Source: Octopus vulgaris (taxonomy: Eukaryota). From it: a DNA stretch of 64,000 nt. The stretch is from NCBI GenBank assembly GCA_951406725.2, contig OX597815.1, forward strand, positions 59,148,001 to 59,212,000. Reading direction: 5' to 3'. The position numbers and the translations under genes are program-made. The notes under the pieces are model-generated. The model ran no database searches and was not told the origin of the DNA. It saw only the letters and a list, made by a program, of their open reading frames with translations. This document shows, piece by piece, positions 1-63,329 of this stretch (position 1 is its first letter; each line of letters begins with the position of its first letter).

Positions 1-1720
1 TCCGACAACTGCAGGAGAAGTACCTAGCTAAAGATAAACCCCTCTACATAGCTTTTGTGGACTTGGAGAAAGCCTTTGACAGGGTTCCCCGATCCCTTAT
101 CTGGTGGTCGATGCGGAAACTGGAGATCGACGAATGGCTAATAAGGGCTGTACAGGCTCTATACAGAGAGGCTGTCAGCAAGGTTAGGATTGGCAACGAA
201 TATAGGAAAAATTCCGGGTAGAAGTAGGTGTACACCAAGGCTCAGCCCTCAGTCCCCTTTTATTCATCATAGTCCTCCAGGCAATAACAGAGGAATTCAA
301 AACAGGTTGCCCCTGGGAGCTCCTCTATGCTGATGACCTGGCTCTCATAGCAGAATCACTACCTGGAACTAGAAAAGAAATTTCGGGTGTGGAAACAAGG
401 GTTAGAATCAAAGGGCCTTAGAGTAAATGTAGCGAAGACCAAAGTTATAGTAAGAAGAAAGGCAAACTCAGCACACACCCCATCGAGCAGGTGTAGGTAG
501 AAACTCCATAAGATGCACCCAGTGTAAGCTATGGACGCATAAGAGGTGCAGCAACATCAAAGGGAAATTAACTGATAAGATAGCTTTCATGTGCGGCAGA
601 TGCACAGTGACAATAGACACCACAAATACTTAGAAAACAGATTCCATCACACTCCAGGGGGAGAAACTAGAAGTAGTTGATAGTTTCCGCTACCTGGGTG
701 ACCAAGTTAGTAGTGGAGGTGGATGCTCAGAGAGTGTCACCACTAGAATACGAATAGCCTGGGCAAAGTTTAGAAAGCTCCTACCCCTACTGGCGACAAA
801 GGGTCTCTCACTCAGAGTGAAAGGTAGATTGTATGATGCATGTGTGCGAACTGTCATGCTTCACGGCAGTGAAACATGGGCCGTGACTGCAGAGGACATG
901 CGTAGACTTGAAAGAAATGAAGCTAGCATGATCCGCTGGATGTGTAATGTCAGTGTGAATACATGACAGAGTGTAAGCACCCTGAGAGAAATGCTAGGCA
1001 TAAGAAGCATCAGATGCGGTGTGCAAGAGCGACGCTTGCGATGGTATGGTCATGTACTGCGGATGGATGAGGAGAGATGTGTGAAGAAGTGCCGCTCCCA
1101 AACAGTTGAAGGAATCAGGGGGAGAGGTAGACCCAGGAAGACATGGGATGAGGTAGTCAAGCATGACCTTAGAGCGTTGTGCCTCACTGAGGCAATGGCG
1201 AAGGACCGAGATCTGGAGATGTGCTGTGACTACAAAGACCTGGGATGTTTCCGGCACCAGTTCCGCATACACCCTGCCCATTCAAAGTACCTTGGATCCC
1301 GGAACATCTCGCTGTGCTTGAGGAGACCTGTTGAGTCAAGTGCATGTACATGAACATCGAAACAAATATCAATGGAAATAGTAGTTGTGATACCTGTGCC
1401 GGTGGCACATAAAAAGCACCATCCGAATGTGGCCGTTGCCAAGCACCGCCTCGACTGGCTTCTGTGCCAGTGGCACATAAAAAGCACCATCCGAACGTGG
1501 CCGATGCCAGACCCCCCCCCCCCCCCGGCACCTGTGCAGGTGGCACGTAAAAAGCACCCACTACACTCGCGGAGTGGTTGGCGTTAGGAAGGGCATCCAG
1601 CTGTAGAAACACTGCCAGATCAGACTTGAGCCTGGTGCAGCCCCTGGCTTCCCAGACCCCGGTCGAACCATCCAACCCGTGCTAGCGCGAAAAAACGGAC
1701 GTTAAACGATGATGATGATA
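1..1720 (+). mobile_element. RTE-clade LINE, 3' part (RT, zinc-finger-like insert, 3'UTR, (GAT)n tail), disrupted
   Basis: AFVDLEKAFDRV, ELLYADDL, LHGSETW, RLRWYGHVLR, GRPRKTW with stops and frameshifts; ends gttaaacgatgatgatgat. Confidence 0.92.
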
Positions 1721-1738
1721 TATATATATATATATATA

Positions 1739-2284
1739 TATAAATAAGAAAAAAGCAACAAGAATGGATTAGTTGTTCAGTGCAATTGTTTCATACGAAG
1801 AACAGCTTTATTAAAAGCTGCAAATATTGCAGCAAATACAAGTGTCCTGTATTCATCAGCCAAAACACATTTGAGTTTTCCAAGCATCCTAGTGGGTGAG
1901 GCTACACTCATGAAGTATCGAAGAGATGCACATTAGAGAACTTTTGAAGTCTGCTTACAATCTAACTTTGCTTTTTATAGAACTCTCTTCGATACTTCAT
2001 GAGTGTAGCCTCACCTGCTAGGATGTTTGGAAAACTCACGTGTTTTGGCTGATGAATACGGGACACTTGTATTTGCTGCAATATTTGCAGCTTTTAATAA
2101 AGCTGTTCTTCGTATGAAACAATTGTACTGAACAACTAATCCATTCTTGTTGCTTTTTTCTTGTTTATAATCACCCCACATTATTTTATGGTTAATACCA
2201 TATAGATTTCTGTTGCATCTAAGTTAAGTACCGCATTCATGAGAATTCATTGGAACTCACTTGAATCTTAATTGTTTTTACTGA

Positions 2285-2286
<2 letters not shown>
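1739..2286. mobile_element. Fold-back element (~187-bp inverted arms 1739-1926 / 1984-2169, plus 3' extension), probable Penelope pLTR remnant
   Basis: Near-perfect inverted arms flanked by (TA)n; each arm carries a hammerhead core; homologous to 36885-37110. Confidence 0.8.
2042..2133 (+). ncRNA. Type-I hammerhead ribozyme motif with extended stem II
   Basis: ttttgg-CTGATGA-atacg...cgtat-GAAAC-aatt-GTA-ctgaa: intact core and palindromic loop III. Confidence 0.75.
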
Positions 2287-2326
<40 letters not shown>

Positions 2327-2334
<8 letters not shown>

Positions 2335-3593
2335 GTACCCAGTGTAAGCTATGGACACATAAGAGGTGCAGCAATATCAAAAGAAGACTAACTGGGAAGA
2401 TAGTTTTTGTATGTGGCAGATGCTCAGGAGCAATAAACACTGAAAACGTGCAGAGAACAACTTCCACCACATTTCAAGGAGAAAAACTAGAAGTAGTTGA
2501 TAGCTTCCATTACCTAGGTGACGAAGTCAGTAGCAGGGGAGGGTACGCTGAAAGTGTAGCTGCTAGAATAAGAATAGCCTGGGCAAAGTTCAGAGAGCTC
2601 TTACCTCTGCAGGTGACACAGAGCCTCTCGCTCAGAGTAAAAGGTAGACTGTATGACATGTGTACAAACAGCCAAGCTACATGGCAGTGAAACATGGGCC
2701 GCGACTGCTGAGGATATGCATACGCTCTCATGAGGAATGAAGCTAGTATGATCCAATGGATGTGTAATGTTAGTGTGCATAATCGACAGTGTAAGTATCT
2801 TGAGAGAAAATTTGGACCTAAGAAGCATCAGATGTAGTGTGCAAGAGAGATGACTGCACTGGTATGGTCATGTGGTGAGAATGGATGAGGATAGGTGTGT
2901 GAAAAATTGCCATACCCTAGTAGTTGAAGGAACCTGTAGAAGAGGTAGACCCAGGAAGACCTGAGATGAAGTGGTGAAGCACGACCTTCGAACATTAGAC
3001 CCCACTGAGGCAATGACCAGTGATTGAGAATTTTGGAAATATGCTGTGCTTGAGAAGGCCCAGCAAGCCAAGTGAGCCCATAACCTTGTGGCCTAAAGCC
3101 AGGGGTGTAATCAGCTCACTTATGCGTACCTTTCCTTCACTGGACACTGCTTGCGAAGACCTGTTAAGGCAAGTGAAATCGAAATCAAATTCGATGACTG
3201 GCATACATGCTAGTGGAGCACTAAGAGCTCCACCCGAGCTTGATCGTTGCCAGAGTGTCTAACTTGCTTTTGTGCCGGTTGCATGGAAAAAGCACCATTC
3301 AAGCTTGATCGTTACCTGCGTCGCCTTACTGGCACTTGTACCGGTGTGCAGGTAACACGTAAAAAAAAAAAAGAGTTCTACATGGCCGTTGCCAGTACCG
3401 CCCGACCGGCCCTTGTGCCGGTGGCACGTAAAAGCACCCACTACACTCTCGGAGTGGTTGGTGTTAGGAAGGGCATCCAGCTGTAAAAACTCTGCCATAT
3501 CAAGATTGGAACCTGGTGCAGCCTTCTGGTTCACCAGTCCTCAATCAACCCATGCTAGCATGGAAAGTGGACGTTAAACGATGATGATGATGA
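2327..3593 (+). mobile_element. RTE-clade LINE, 5'-truncated, disrupted
   Basis: CTQCKLWTHKRCS, FHYLGD, RIRIAWAKFRELLPL; 3'UTR; (GAT)n tail. Confidence 0.92.
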
Positions 3594-3773
3594 TACACAC
3601 ACAAAGTATGGGGGTTTATTTCACAGGTGATCTAAACGATTAGGTACGCTGTGTAAGTGCTGTAGTGGATTACTAGGGCTCCAAGGTTGTAGCTGAGATG
3701 GTAGTTATGGAGCCATTGCAGATTTCCGATATAGCAGATATATAATTGTTAGCGAGGACAACAAACATTAAGG

Positions 3774-4060
3774 CAAGGCAAACATTTCAAGTCATATACA
3801 TTATTATTATTGGAAAAAATTCAAAACTCTTACAGCTTTTTCTGGGATATCCCAGAGTATGGGATATTCTGTCATCAGAGACAAATAGGGAAAATGAGAA
3901 GCATATAGATTAATGAAATGATGACATAGAGGTCATTTCATTAATCTATACCCCTCTCATTTTCCCTATTTGTCTCTGATGACAGAATATCCCAGAAACA
4001 GCTGTAGGACTGATTTTTTTCCAATAATACTAATGTATATAACTTGAGATGTTTGCCTTG
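3774..4060. mobile_element. Fold-back element (arms 3774-3921 / 3933-4060) with hammerhead cores; probable Penelope pLTR remnant
   Basis: Inverted arms with an 11-nt spacer; CTGATGA...GAAAC-agct-GTA in the right arm. Confidence 0.75.
3972..4010 (+). ncRNA. Minimal hammerhead motif, stem II damaged by deletion
   Basis: gtct-CTGATGA-cagaatatccca-GAAAC-agct-GTA-ggac; the antisense arm keeps the atatccca/tgggatat stem. Confidence 0.6.
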
Positions 4061-4760
4061 AACATCCAGTGAAGCATAATAGCTTCATTATTCTTTAGTT
4101 TTGCATGTCCTCTTTATTTGGGGCTTATGTCTCACTACTATGTACCATTGCTGTATATAAGCATCATACAGCCTGCTTTTCACTCAGTAAGCAATTGTTC
4201 CAACAGAGGTAAGACCTTTGTGAACTTTCTCCATCCTATTCTTATCCTAGGCACCACACTTTCAGAATATCCTCCTTCACTGTTAATTAAGCTGCCTAGG
4301 TAACTATTTACTACCACTAAGGAGCCTCGAAGGCTTTTAGGAAAATCAATTTCCTTGTGTATCCATAGTGTTTATGGCATCTGTGCATTTTCCAATACAA
4401 ATAATACCTTCACCATTAATCTTCCTGTGATTCCATTGAACCACTTGTGTGTTCTTATCTTTTGCTGGATGCACCATATGGAATTCTTTCCCACACATTT
4501 CATATAGCAGGGCTACTTAACTGAAGAGGGTAGGTCGTATGGGTTTCCCTGCTTGCTAGAATTTTGGTATTTGCTAAGTTAACTTTAAAGTCCTTTAGTT
4601 GTAGGTTTTGCTTTTAACCTGGAATTTACTTTATCATTCTGTTACAGATCCTGCTGTGAGAGTGAGATCATTAGCATATAATAGTTCCCAGGATTAGTGA
4701 GTCTCGAATTCTTGTTATGGCGTGGAGGATAGTGAATAGGAGAGCACTGAGAACTAAGCA
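4060..4760 (-). mobile_element. Old RTE LINE fragment
   Basis: Degenerate homology to the RT C-terminal region of the other RTE copies (WELLYANDL, YLG, RIRIGWRKF). Confidence 0.75.
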
Positions 4761-5677
4761 TGGATTTTTCGTACTTCATTAGAAATCCTATGCTTTTTCT
4801 TCAGAAAAAGCACACACACTCACCGATTGACTGTGCAGTGTGTATATTTTGTGTCTGAACTTTATATGTTTTAGTTGAAAACAAGTCACTGTCATGCCTT
4901 ATGTTATGTTTGTAGTTTCCCTTGAAAATATAGAGTAAATGTGCTGTTTGTGTTTAAGAGAAAAGGGGGAATATTAACATATTAAAATCAAATATGTATG
5001 TTGTATGATATTTAATATACCTTAAGTGTTGATGTTTTTAATGTGTATTGCCTCTAACCACTCTCATTTTCTATTAATTTTTTTGTTTTCGTGAGTTTAA
5101 ATTGGGAGTGGTTCACTTTTTGCCTATTTTATGAAAAATACAACAATGTTGAATTTCAGTCTTTTTTTTATGATGAATTTTTTTATACTTCCTTACAAAT
5201 CCTTTCTCTTTTGCATTCATTAAATATTTTTTTATGAGAATACTTAAAAGATAAAATTTACAGTACAAAATTGTTAACAATTAAATGAGGGCAGACACTG
5301 AACAAGAATGGGGACAAATGCTACAAGAAATGCTTCTTGATGTTTGTATTCCAGCTACTTACTGTATATCATTGTGCATGTGTTACAGAAAGTCCATAGT
5401 AAACATGTATTATTTTAAATAATAGTTGTAGGTATGCATGCATAAACACATACTTGTGCATGTATTGGTTCTATTTGCCATATATGTAAATTTTTAGAAA
5501 AGTTTGTCACTAGTGTTTATTTTATTTTTTCATATTTTATCTGTTTCATCAAACATGTCCATCATTATGTATACAGTAGTTGCTGTTTTATTAAATTCTA
5601 AATTGTGGAGAATCCTAATTTCTAACAGCACAGCTATTAATAGGCCTATAATTTGTTTTTCTGGGTTTATTTTTCAG

Positions 5678-55600
<49,923 letters not shown>

Positions 55601-55642
55601 GTAAGAAATCTTCAGCATGACATATATGGTATATCCAAAATA

Positions 55643-55716
55643 TCTTGGAATCTATCTAAATCCATTCCTTGGAATCTCTGTAAATCCATTCCTTGGAATC
55701 TCTGTAAATCCATTCT
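55643..55716. repeat. 24-bp tandem repeat, ~3 copies
   Basis: taaatccattccttggaatctctg. Confidence 0.85.
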
Positions 55717-56179
55717 TGTCATTAATACTTAGCATGATTGATTTCAATTTTCTTTGTCTTTTTCTAAATATTTTTCTTCTAAGCAGCTAAATGTTTTCTC
55801 TATTACATTCCTGTCATGTTCAGTAAAGCTGCTTCCTCATTTATAAATTGTACATAAATATCAATATTATTATCTATGTGATGATCATAGCTATGAATTC
55901 CATTATTATCAACAATACCATCATGATATATTTATCATAACTATTGCTATCCTTTACATTATTATTACTACTTTTAATCCCAGCATAATTATTATCATCA
56001 ACTCCATCCTCATAAATGGTGTCATCTAAATTATCATAACTATTACATTCATTATAAACACCTGCATCATTAACAACTTTGCTAACATTGTCACTATCAT
56101 CACATTCATAATCTTCATTCTTATAACAATTGTCATTATTGTACCTTCATCAAAATATTTAGCAGTATACATTGGATAG

Positions 56180-57300
56180 AATATCTGCTAGGTTTGTTAA
56201 GGAGGGCCATGAATTTTTTGAGTTTAAGATATGTTCTTCTATCCTCTCTTTCACACTCAACTGTGGGTGGGGCATTGAGTTATTTAGACCTTTCTTTAAA
56301 TGTTTTGTTGTGTTTATGCAAGCATTTTAAGGCCTGCTCAAGTCTGGTAATAAGTAATTTGTTTCTTGATGTACATATTTGGTATAATTCTTCTATACAT
56401 TGATCACATCTACTCCCCTAACATATAACTGTACTGATTATTTCCCACTCTGTAGTATAGCTATGGTTCTTGTCTTTAATTGACCAGATTAGTTTGTTTA
56501 GGCTTGTACTTTTCATCTTATTTCTATCCCTAAATGAACTGCTTCTTCCATTCTTTTAATTCCATTGTATACATATTTACATCTATCTATATATCTATCT
56601 CTCTTGAAATTGTGTGAGCTGGCCCCCATATAGGAGTATGTCCTTCTCTTGGAAGTGATTTTGCATCTATAGACCAGGTTCTTCATCAAACATCTTGAGT
56701 CTAACATGCATATGGCATCCCAGGCACAGTTAATTCCTTGTTTCTAACTCCTACTAGATGTCTCTGCTGTCCTCATTTCTATCAGTCTAATATTTTCCCC
56801 CAGCTTTCTATGCATAGGTGTTTGTGTGCTGTTATTTGTAACAATTCACACATCCTTTCTTGGGGTATCAGTTTGTGTTTTCCCTTTTACTACTGATTCT
56901 CAGATTATTACCCTACTCACTGTAGTGTGTGTTATTTTGATGTTAGTATTCTGGTCCCTTCTGTTATTAACTGTTTGTAACCTTTCATCCAGATTAGTAT
57001 TATCAATATTTCCTTTGATGGGTTCTTGTCTAGTCTACTATTCTCACTGGTCCTTTGGAAGTGGGATATTGTTCTCACATTGTGTGCAGCTATGAATTTG
57101 TGCTAGGTTATGGCGAGTGGAAAAGATGAGTCAGACATTGGGCATGAAGAAACTACCAAAAATGGTGCCAGGTTGCATCTGCAACTGCTCATAATTTGTG
57201 CAGTAGAAACACATATAGGTTGTAATGACCATAAAAGTATAGTGTATAAAATTGTGAAATAAGAGGAAATAAATTTTGAGGATGAACAACTCTCCATATT
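56180..57300 (-). mobile_element. Old Penelope-like fragment (GIY-YIG)
   Basis: CLMKNLVYRCKIT...YMGASSHNFK, KSTSLNKLIWSIKDK...EWEII, SFFMPNV. Confidence 0.7.
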
Positions 57301-57344
57301 CAATATCATTATAATTATTACTAATATATATATATGTATGTATA

Positions 57345-57655
57345 GACACAGGCATGCCTGAGTGGTAAGAAGCTTGCTTCCCAATCACATGGTTCCAGGT
57401 TCAGTTCCACTGTATGCCACCTTGGGGAAGTGTATTTTACTATAGCTTGGGTTGACCAAGGCCTTGTGAGTGGATTTGGTAGACGTATATATATATATAT
57501 GTTTGTGTTTACCCCACACCATTGCTTGACATCTGATGCTGGTGTGCTTATGTCTCCCATAACTTAGTGGTTTGGCGAAAGAACCCAATAGAATAAGTAC
57601 TAAGCTTATAAAGAATAAATCTTGGCATCGATTTCTTTGACTAAAGCACTTCAGG
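57345..57655 (+). mobile_element. tRNA-derived SINE
   Basis: gagtggtaagaagcttgcttccc...ggttcagttcc; body homologous to 62361-62755. Confidence 0.85.
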
Positions 57656-57813
57656 GAGATGCATGCATGCCTGCATGCATACATGCATACATATGCATAA
57701 CATGCATATATATACATATATATATAGTTATATATATAATTCAACAATCTTGTTTTAAAAAGAAATTCATGACTTATCTAAGAAAATCTGTAATTATATA
57801 TATATTATATAAT

Positions 57814-58674
57814 ATCATCATCATCATCATCGTTTAACGTCCGTTCTCCATGCTAGCATGGGTTGGATGGTTCGACTGGGGATCTGGGAAGCCAGAAGGC
57901 TGCACCAGGCTCCAGTCTGATCTGGCAGTGTTTCTACAGCTGGATGCCCTTCCTAATGCCAACACTCCATGAGTGTAGTGGGTGTTTTTTACATGCCACC
58001 TGCACAGGTGCCAGGCGAGGTTGGTAAAGGCCACAATCGGATTGGTACATTTTACGTGCCACCGGCATGGAAGCCACTCAAGGTGGCGCTGGCATCGGCC
58101 ACAATTCGGATGGTGCTTTTTCTGTGCCACCGGCACGGAAGCCAGTCAAGGCTGCGCTGGCATCGGCCACGATTCGGATGGTGCTTTTTACGTGCCACCG
58201 GCACGGAAGCCAGTCAAGGCTGCACTGGCATTGTCCACGATTCGGATAGTGCTTTTTACGTGCCACCGGCACGGAAGCCAGTCTAGGCAGCGCTGGCATC
58301 GGTCACGTTCAGATGGTGCTTTTATGTGCCACCGTCTCAGGGATCACAACTGCAGTTTCCATTGATTTTTATGTTGGGATCTCCTCAAGCACAGGGTAAA
58401 ATGGTGTTTCTTCACTTGCCACCTGCACAGGAGTCAGTCCAGCGGTCCTGGCAACTGCTGGGTGTCAGTCATAGGATTGGTTCAACTTTGATTCCGATTT
58501 CACTTGCCCCAACAGGTCTTCGCAAGCAGAGTTTAGTGTCCAATGAAGGGAGGGTGGCATGGGTGCCTGTCATCAGATGAGGTTCGATTTCGACTTCGCT
58601 TGCCTCCACAGGTCTTTGTGTGTCCAACAGAGGAAAGACATGCATAAGTGGGCTGGACTCACTTGAACTGCCGG

Positions 58675-58678
<4 letters not shown>
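57814..58678 (-). mobile_element. RTE 3'UTR fragment with six ~68-bp tandem units
   Basis: (CAT)n tail and gtttaacgtccg; tgccacc recurs at 57994, 58057, 58125, 58193, 58261, 58327. Confidence 0.9.
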
Positions 58679-58732
<54 letters not shown>

Positions 58733-58742
58733 ATATATAATA

Positions 58743-60910
<2,168 letters not shown>

Positions 60911-60915
<5 letters not shown>

Positions 60916-61847
60916 ATTATTACTATTTTCAGCTTCGCCTCGTATTGCATATTATTTCTCCATACAGGGGTTTTTTTTCAATGGCGGCCCATTTTCGCGG
61001 GGTTCCACTATTCCCTTCTCTCTCTCCCTCTTTTACGTTGTCTGCCATCCCCCCTCTTCCTTTTCCCCCTTCCATTGCTAAGAGCATTTTTAAGCCAGCC
61101 CGTCAAGTTCAACCTTCGCATATTCCCGTGTCAGGCCGAAGAACGAAATGTTCCCAAGATAAGAAAGTCTTTCTAATCTAATGTTGTAGTTGAGCTGTTT
61201 ATTATTATTACTATTATTATTAGTATTAGTATTGTCCCTTTGATCCTCGGTAGACAGTTTGCTTATTATTATTATTATTACTATTTTCAGCTTCGCCTCG
61301 TATTGCATATTATTTCTCCATACAGGGGTTTTTTTCAATGGCGGCCCATTTTCGCGGGGTTCCACTATTCCCGTCTCTCTCTCCCTCTTTTACGTTGTCT
61401 GCCATCCCCCCTCTTCCTTTCCCCCTTCCATTGCTAAGAGCATTTTTAAGCCAGCCCGTCAAGTTCAACCTTCGCATATTCCCGTGTAAGGCCGAAGAAC
61501 GAAATGTTCCCAAGATAAGAGAGTCTTTCTAATCTAATGTTGTGGTTGAGCTGTTTATTATTATTACTATTATTATTAGTATTAGTATTGTCCCTTTGAT
61601 CCTCGGTAGACAGTTTGCTTATTATTATTATTATTATTATTACTATTTTCAGCTTCGCCTCGTATTGCATATTATTTCTCCATACAGGGGTTTTTTTCAA
61701 TGGCGGCCCATTTTCGCGGGGTTCCACTATTCCCTTCTCTCTCTCCCTCTTTTACGTTGTCTGCCATCCCCCCTCTTCCTTTCCCCCCTTCCATTGCTAA
61801 GAGCATTTTTAAGCCAGCCCGTCAAGTTCAACCTTCGCATATTCCCG
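60911..61847. repeat. ~360-bp tandem repeat, ~2.6 copies, unknown family
   Basis: ctattttcagcttcgcctcg starts at 60923, 61281 and 61643; copies nearly identical. Confidence 0.95.
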
Positions 61848-62091
61848 GTGCACCCGCCCTTGCCCACCCCCACCACCAATACCGGATATCTCTATATTTT
61901 TGCTCCATCTATACCGGATGTCGCTTCTCCCACCACCATTATAGGTGTCTACTCTTCGAACCCCCCTCTTCAATACGCTATTTCACCATGCATTACCCCT
62001 CTCTTGATATCCTACGTTCTACTTGCCTAGAACCTGTCATCATTTCTCTGAACCACCCCTCCCCACTGGTGCTCCCCTATATTTCTGCACC

Positions 62092-62335
62092 CCCCACATA
62101 AAAAGCACCATCCGAACGTGGCCGATGCCAGACCCCTCTGGCACCTGTGCAGGTGGCACGTAAAAAACACCCACTACACTCGCGGAGTGGTTGGCGTTAG
62201 GAAGGGCATCCAGCTGTAGAAACACTGCCAGACTAGACTGGAGCCTGGGGCAGTCCCTAGCTCCCCAGACCCCGGTCGAAACCGTCCAACCCGTGCTAGC
62301 GCGGAAAACGGACGTTAAATGATGGTGATGATGAT
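62092..62335 (+). mobile_element. RTE 3' terminal fragment
   Basis: Near-identical to 1475-1720; (GAT)n tail. Confidence 0.9.
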
Positions 62336-62360
62336 ATATATATATATATATATATATATA

Positions 62361-62755
62361 GGCGTATCAGTGGCTATGTGGTAAGTAACTTGCTTATGAA
62401 CCCCATGGTTCCAGGCTCAATCCCATTGTGTGGCACCTTGGGAAAGTGTCTTCTACTATAGCCTCAGCATGACAGAAACCTTGTGAGTGGATTTGGTAGA
62501 CAGAAACTGAAAGAAGCCTGTCGTATATATGTGTATATGTATGTGTGTGTATATGTTTGTGTGTGTGTGGTTGTCCCTCCCCAACATCGCTTGACAACCT
62601 ATGCTGGTGTGTCCCCGTAACTTAGCAGTTTGGCAAAAAGGTCCGATAGAATAAGTACTAGGCTTACAAAGAATAAGTTCTGGGGTCGATTTGCTCGACT
62701 AAGGCAGTGCTCCAGCATGGCCACTGTCAAATGACTGAAACAAGTAAAAGAGAGT
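62361..62755 (+). mobile_element. tRNA-derived SINE, full length
   Basis: Head ggcgtatcagtggctatgtggtaag; internal TG/TA repeat; end cagtgctccagcatggccactgtcaaatgactgaaacaagtaaaaga. Confidence 0.9.
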
Positions 62756-62815
62756 AATATGTTTCATATATATATAATTTATTATGTATATATGTTATAT
62801 ATATATATATATATA

Positions 62816-63176
62816 TGTGTGGCATCTTGGGCAAGTGTCTTCTGCTATAGCCCCGAGCCAACCAATGCCTTGTGAGTGGATTTGGTAGACAGAAACTGAA
62901 AGAAGGCTGTCGTATATATGTATATATATATATATATATGTGTGCGTGTGTGTGTTTGTGTGTCTGTGTTTGTCCCCCTAGCATTGCTTGACAACCGATG
63001 CTGGTGTGTTTACATCCCCGTCACCTAGCGGTTCAGCAAAAGAGACCGATAGAATAAGTACTGGGCTTACAAAGAATAAGTCCTGTGGTCGATTTGATCG
63101 ACTAAAAGGCGGTGCTCCAGCCTGGCCGCAGTCAAATGACTGAAACAAGTAAAAGAGTAAAAAAGAGTTAAAGAGT
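62816..63176 (+). mobile_element. tRNA-derived SINE, 5'-truncated
   Basis: Homologous to 62430-62755; flanked by a ~33-bp direct repeat. Confidence 0.88.
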
Positions 63177-63210
63177 ATATATATATATAATTTATTATGT
63201 ATATGTGTTA

Positions 63211-63292
<82 letters not shown>

Positions 63293-63329
63293 TATATATC
63301 ATTTATTATATATGTATTTTATATATGTA

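Noticed and set aside
57980-58345. CRISPR-like appearance (hairpin repeat plus variable linker, ~68-nt period)
   Set aside because: Linkers are homologous to each other, there are no cas genes, the context is a eukaryotic intron, and the array is part of the RTE 3'UTR.
62361-62435. tRNA-like A/B boxes (also 24190, 40230-40305, 57345)
   Set aside because: SINE heads; no complete cloverleaf or anticodon arm that I can fold, so not called as tRNA genes.
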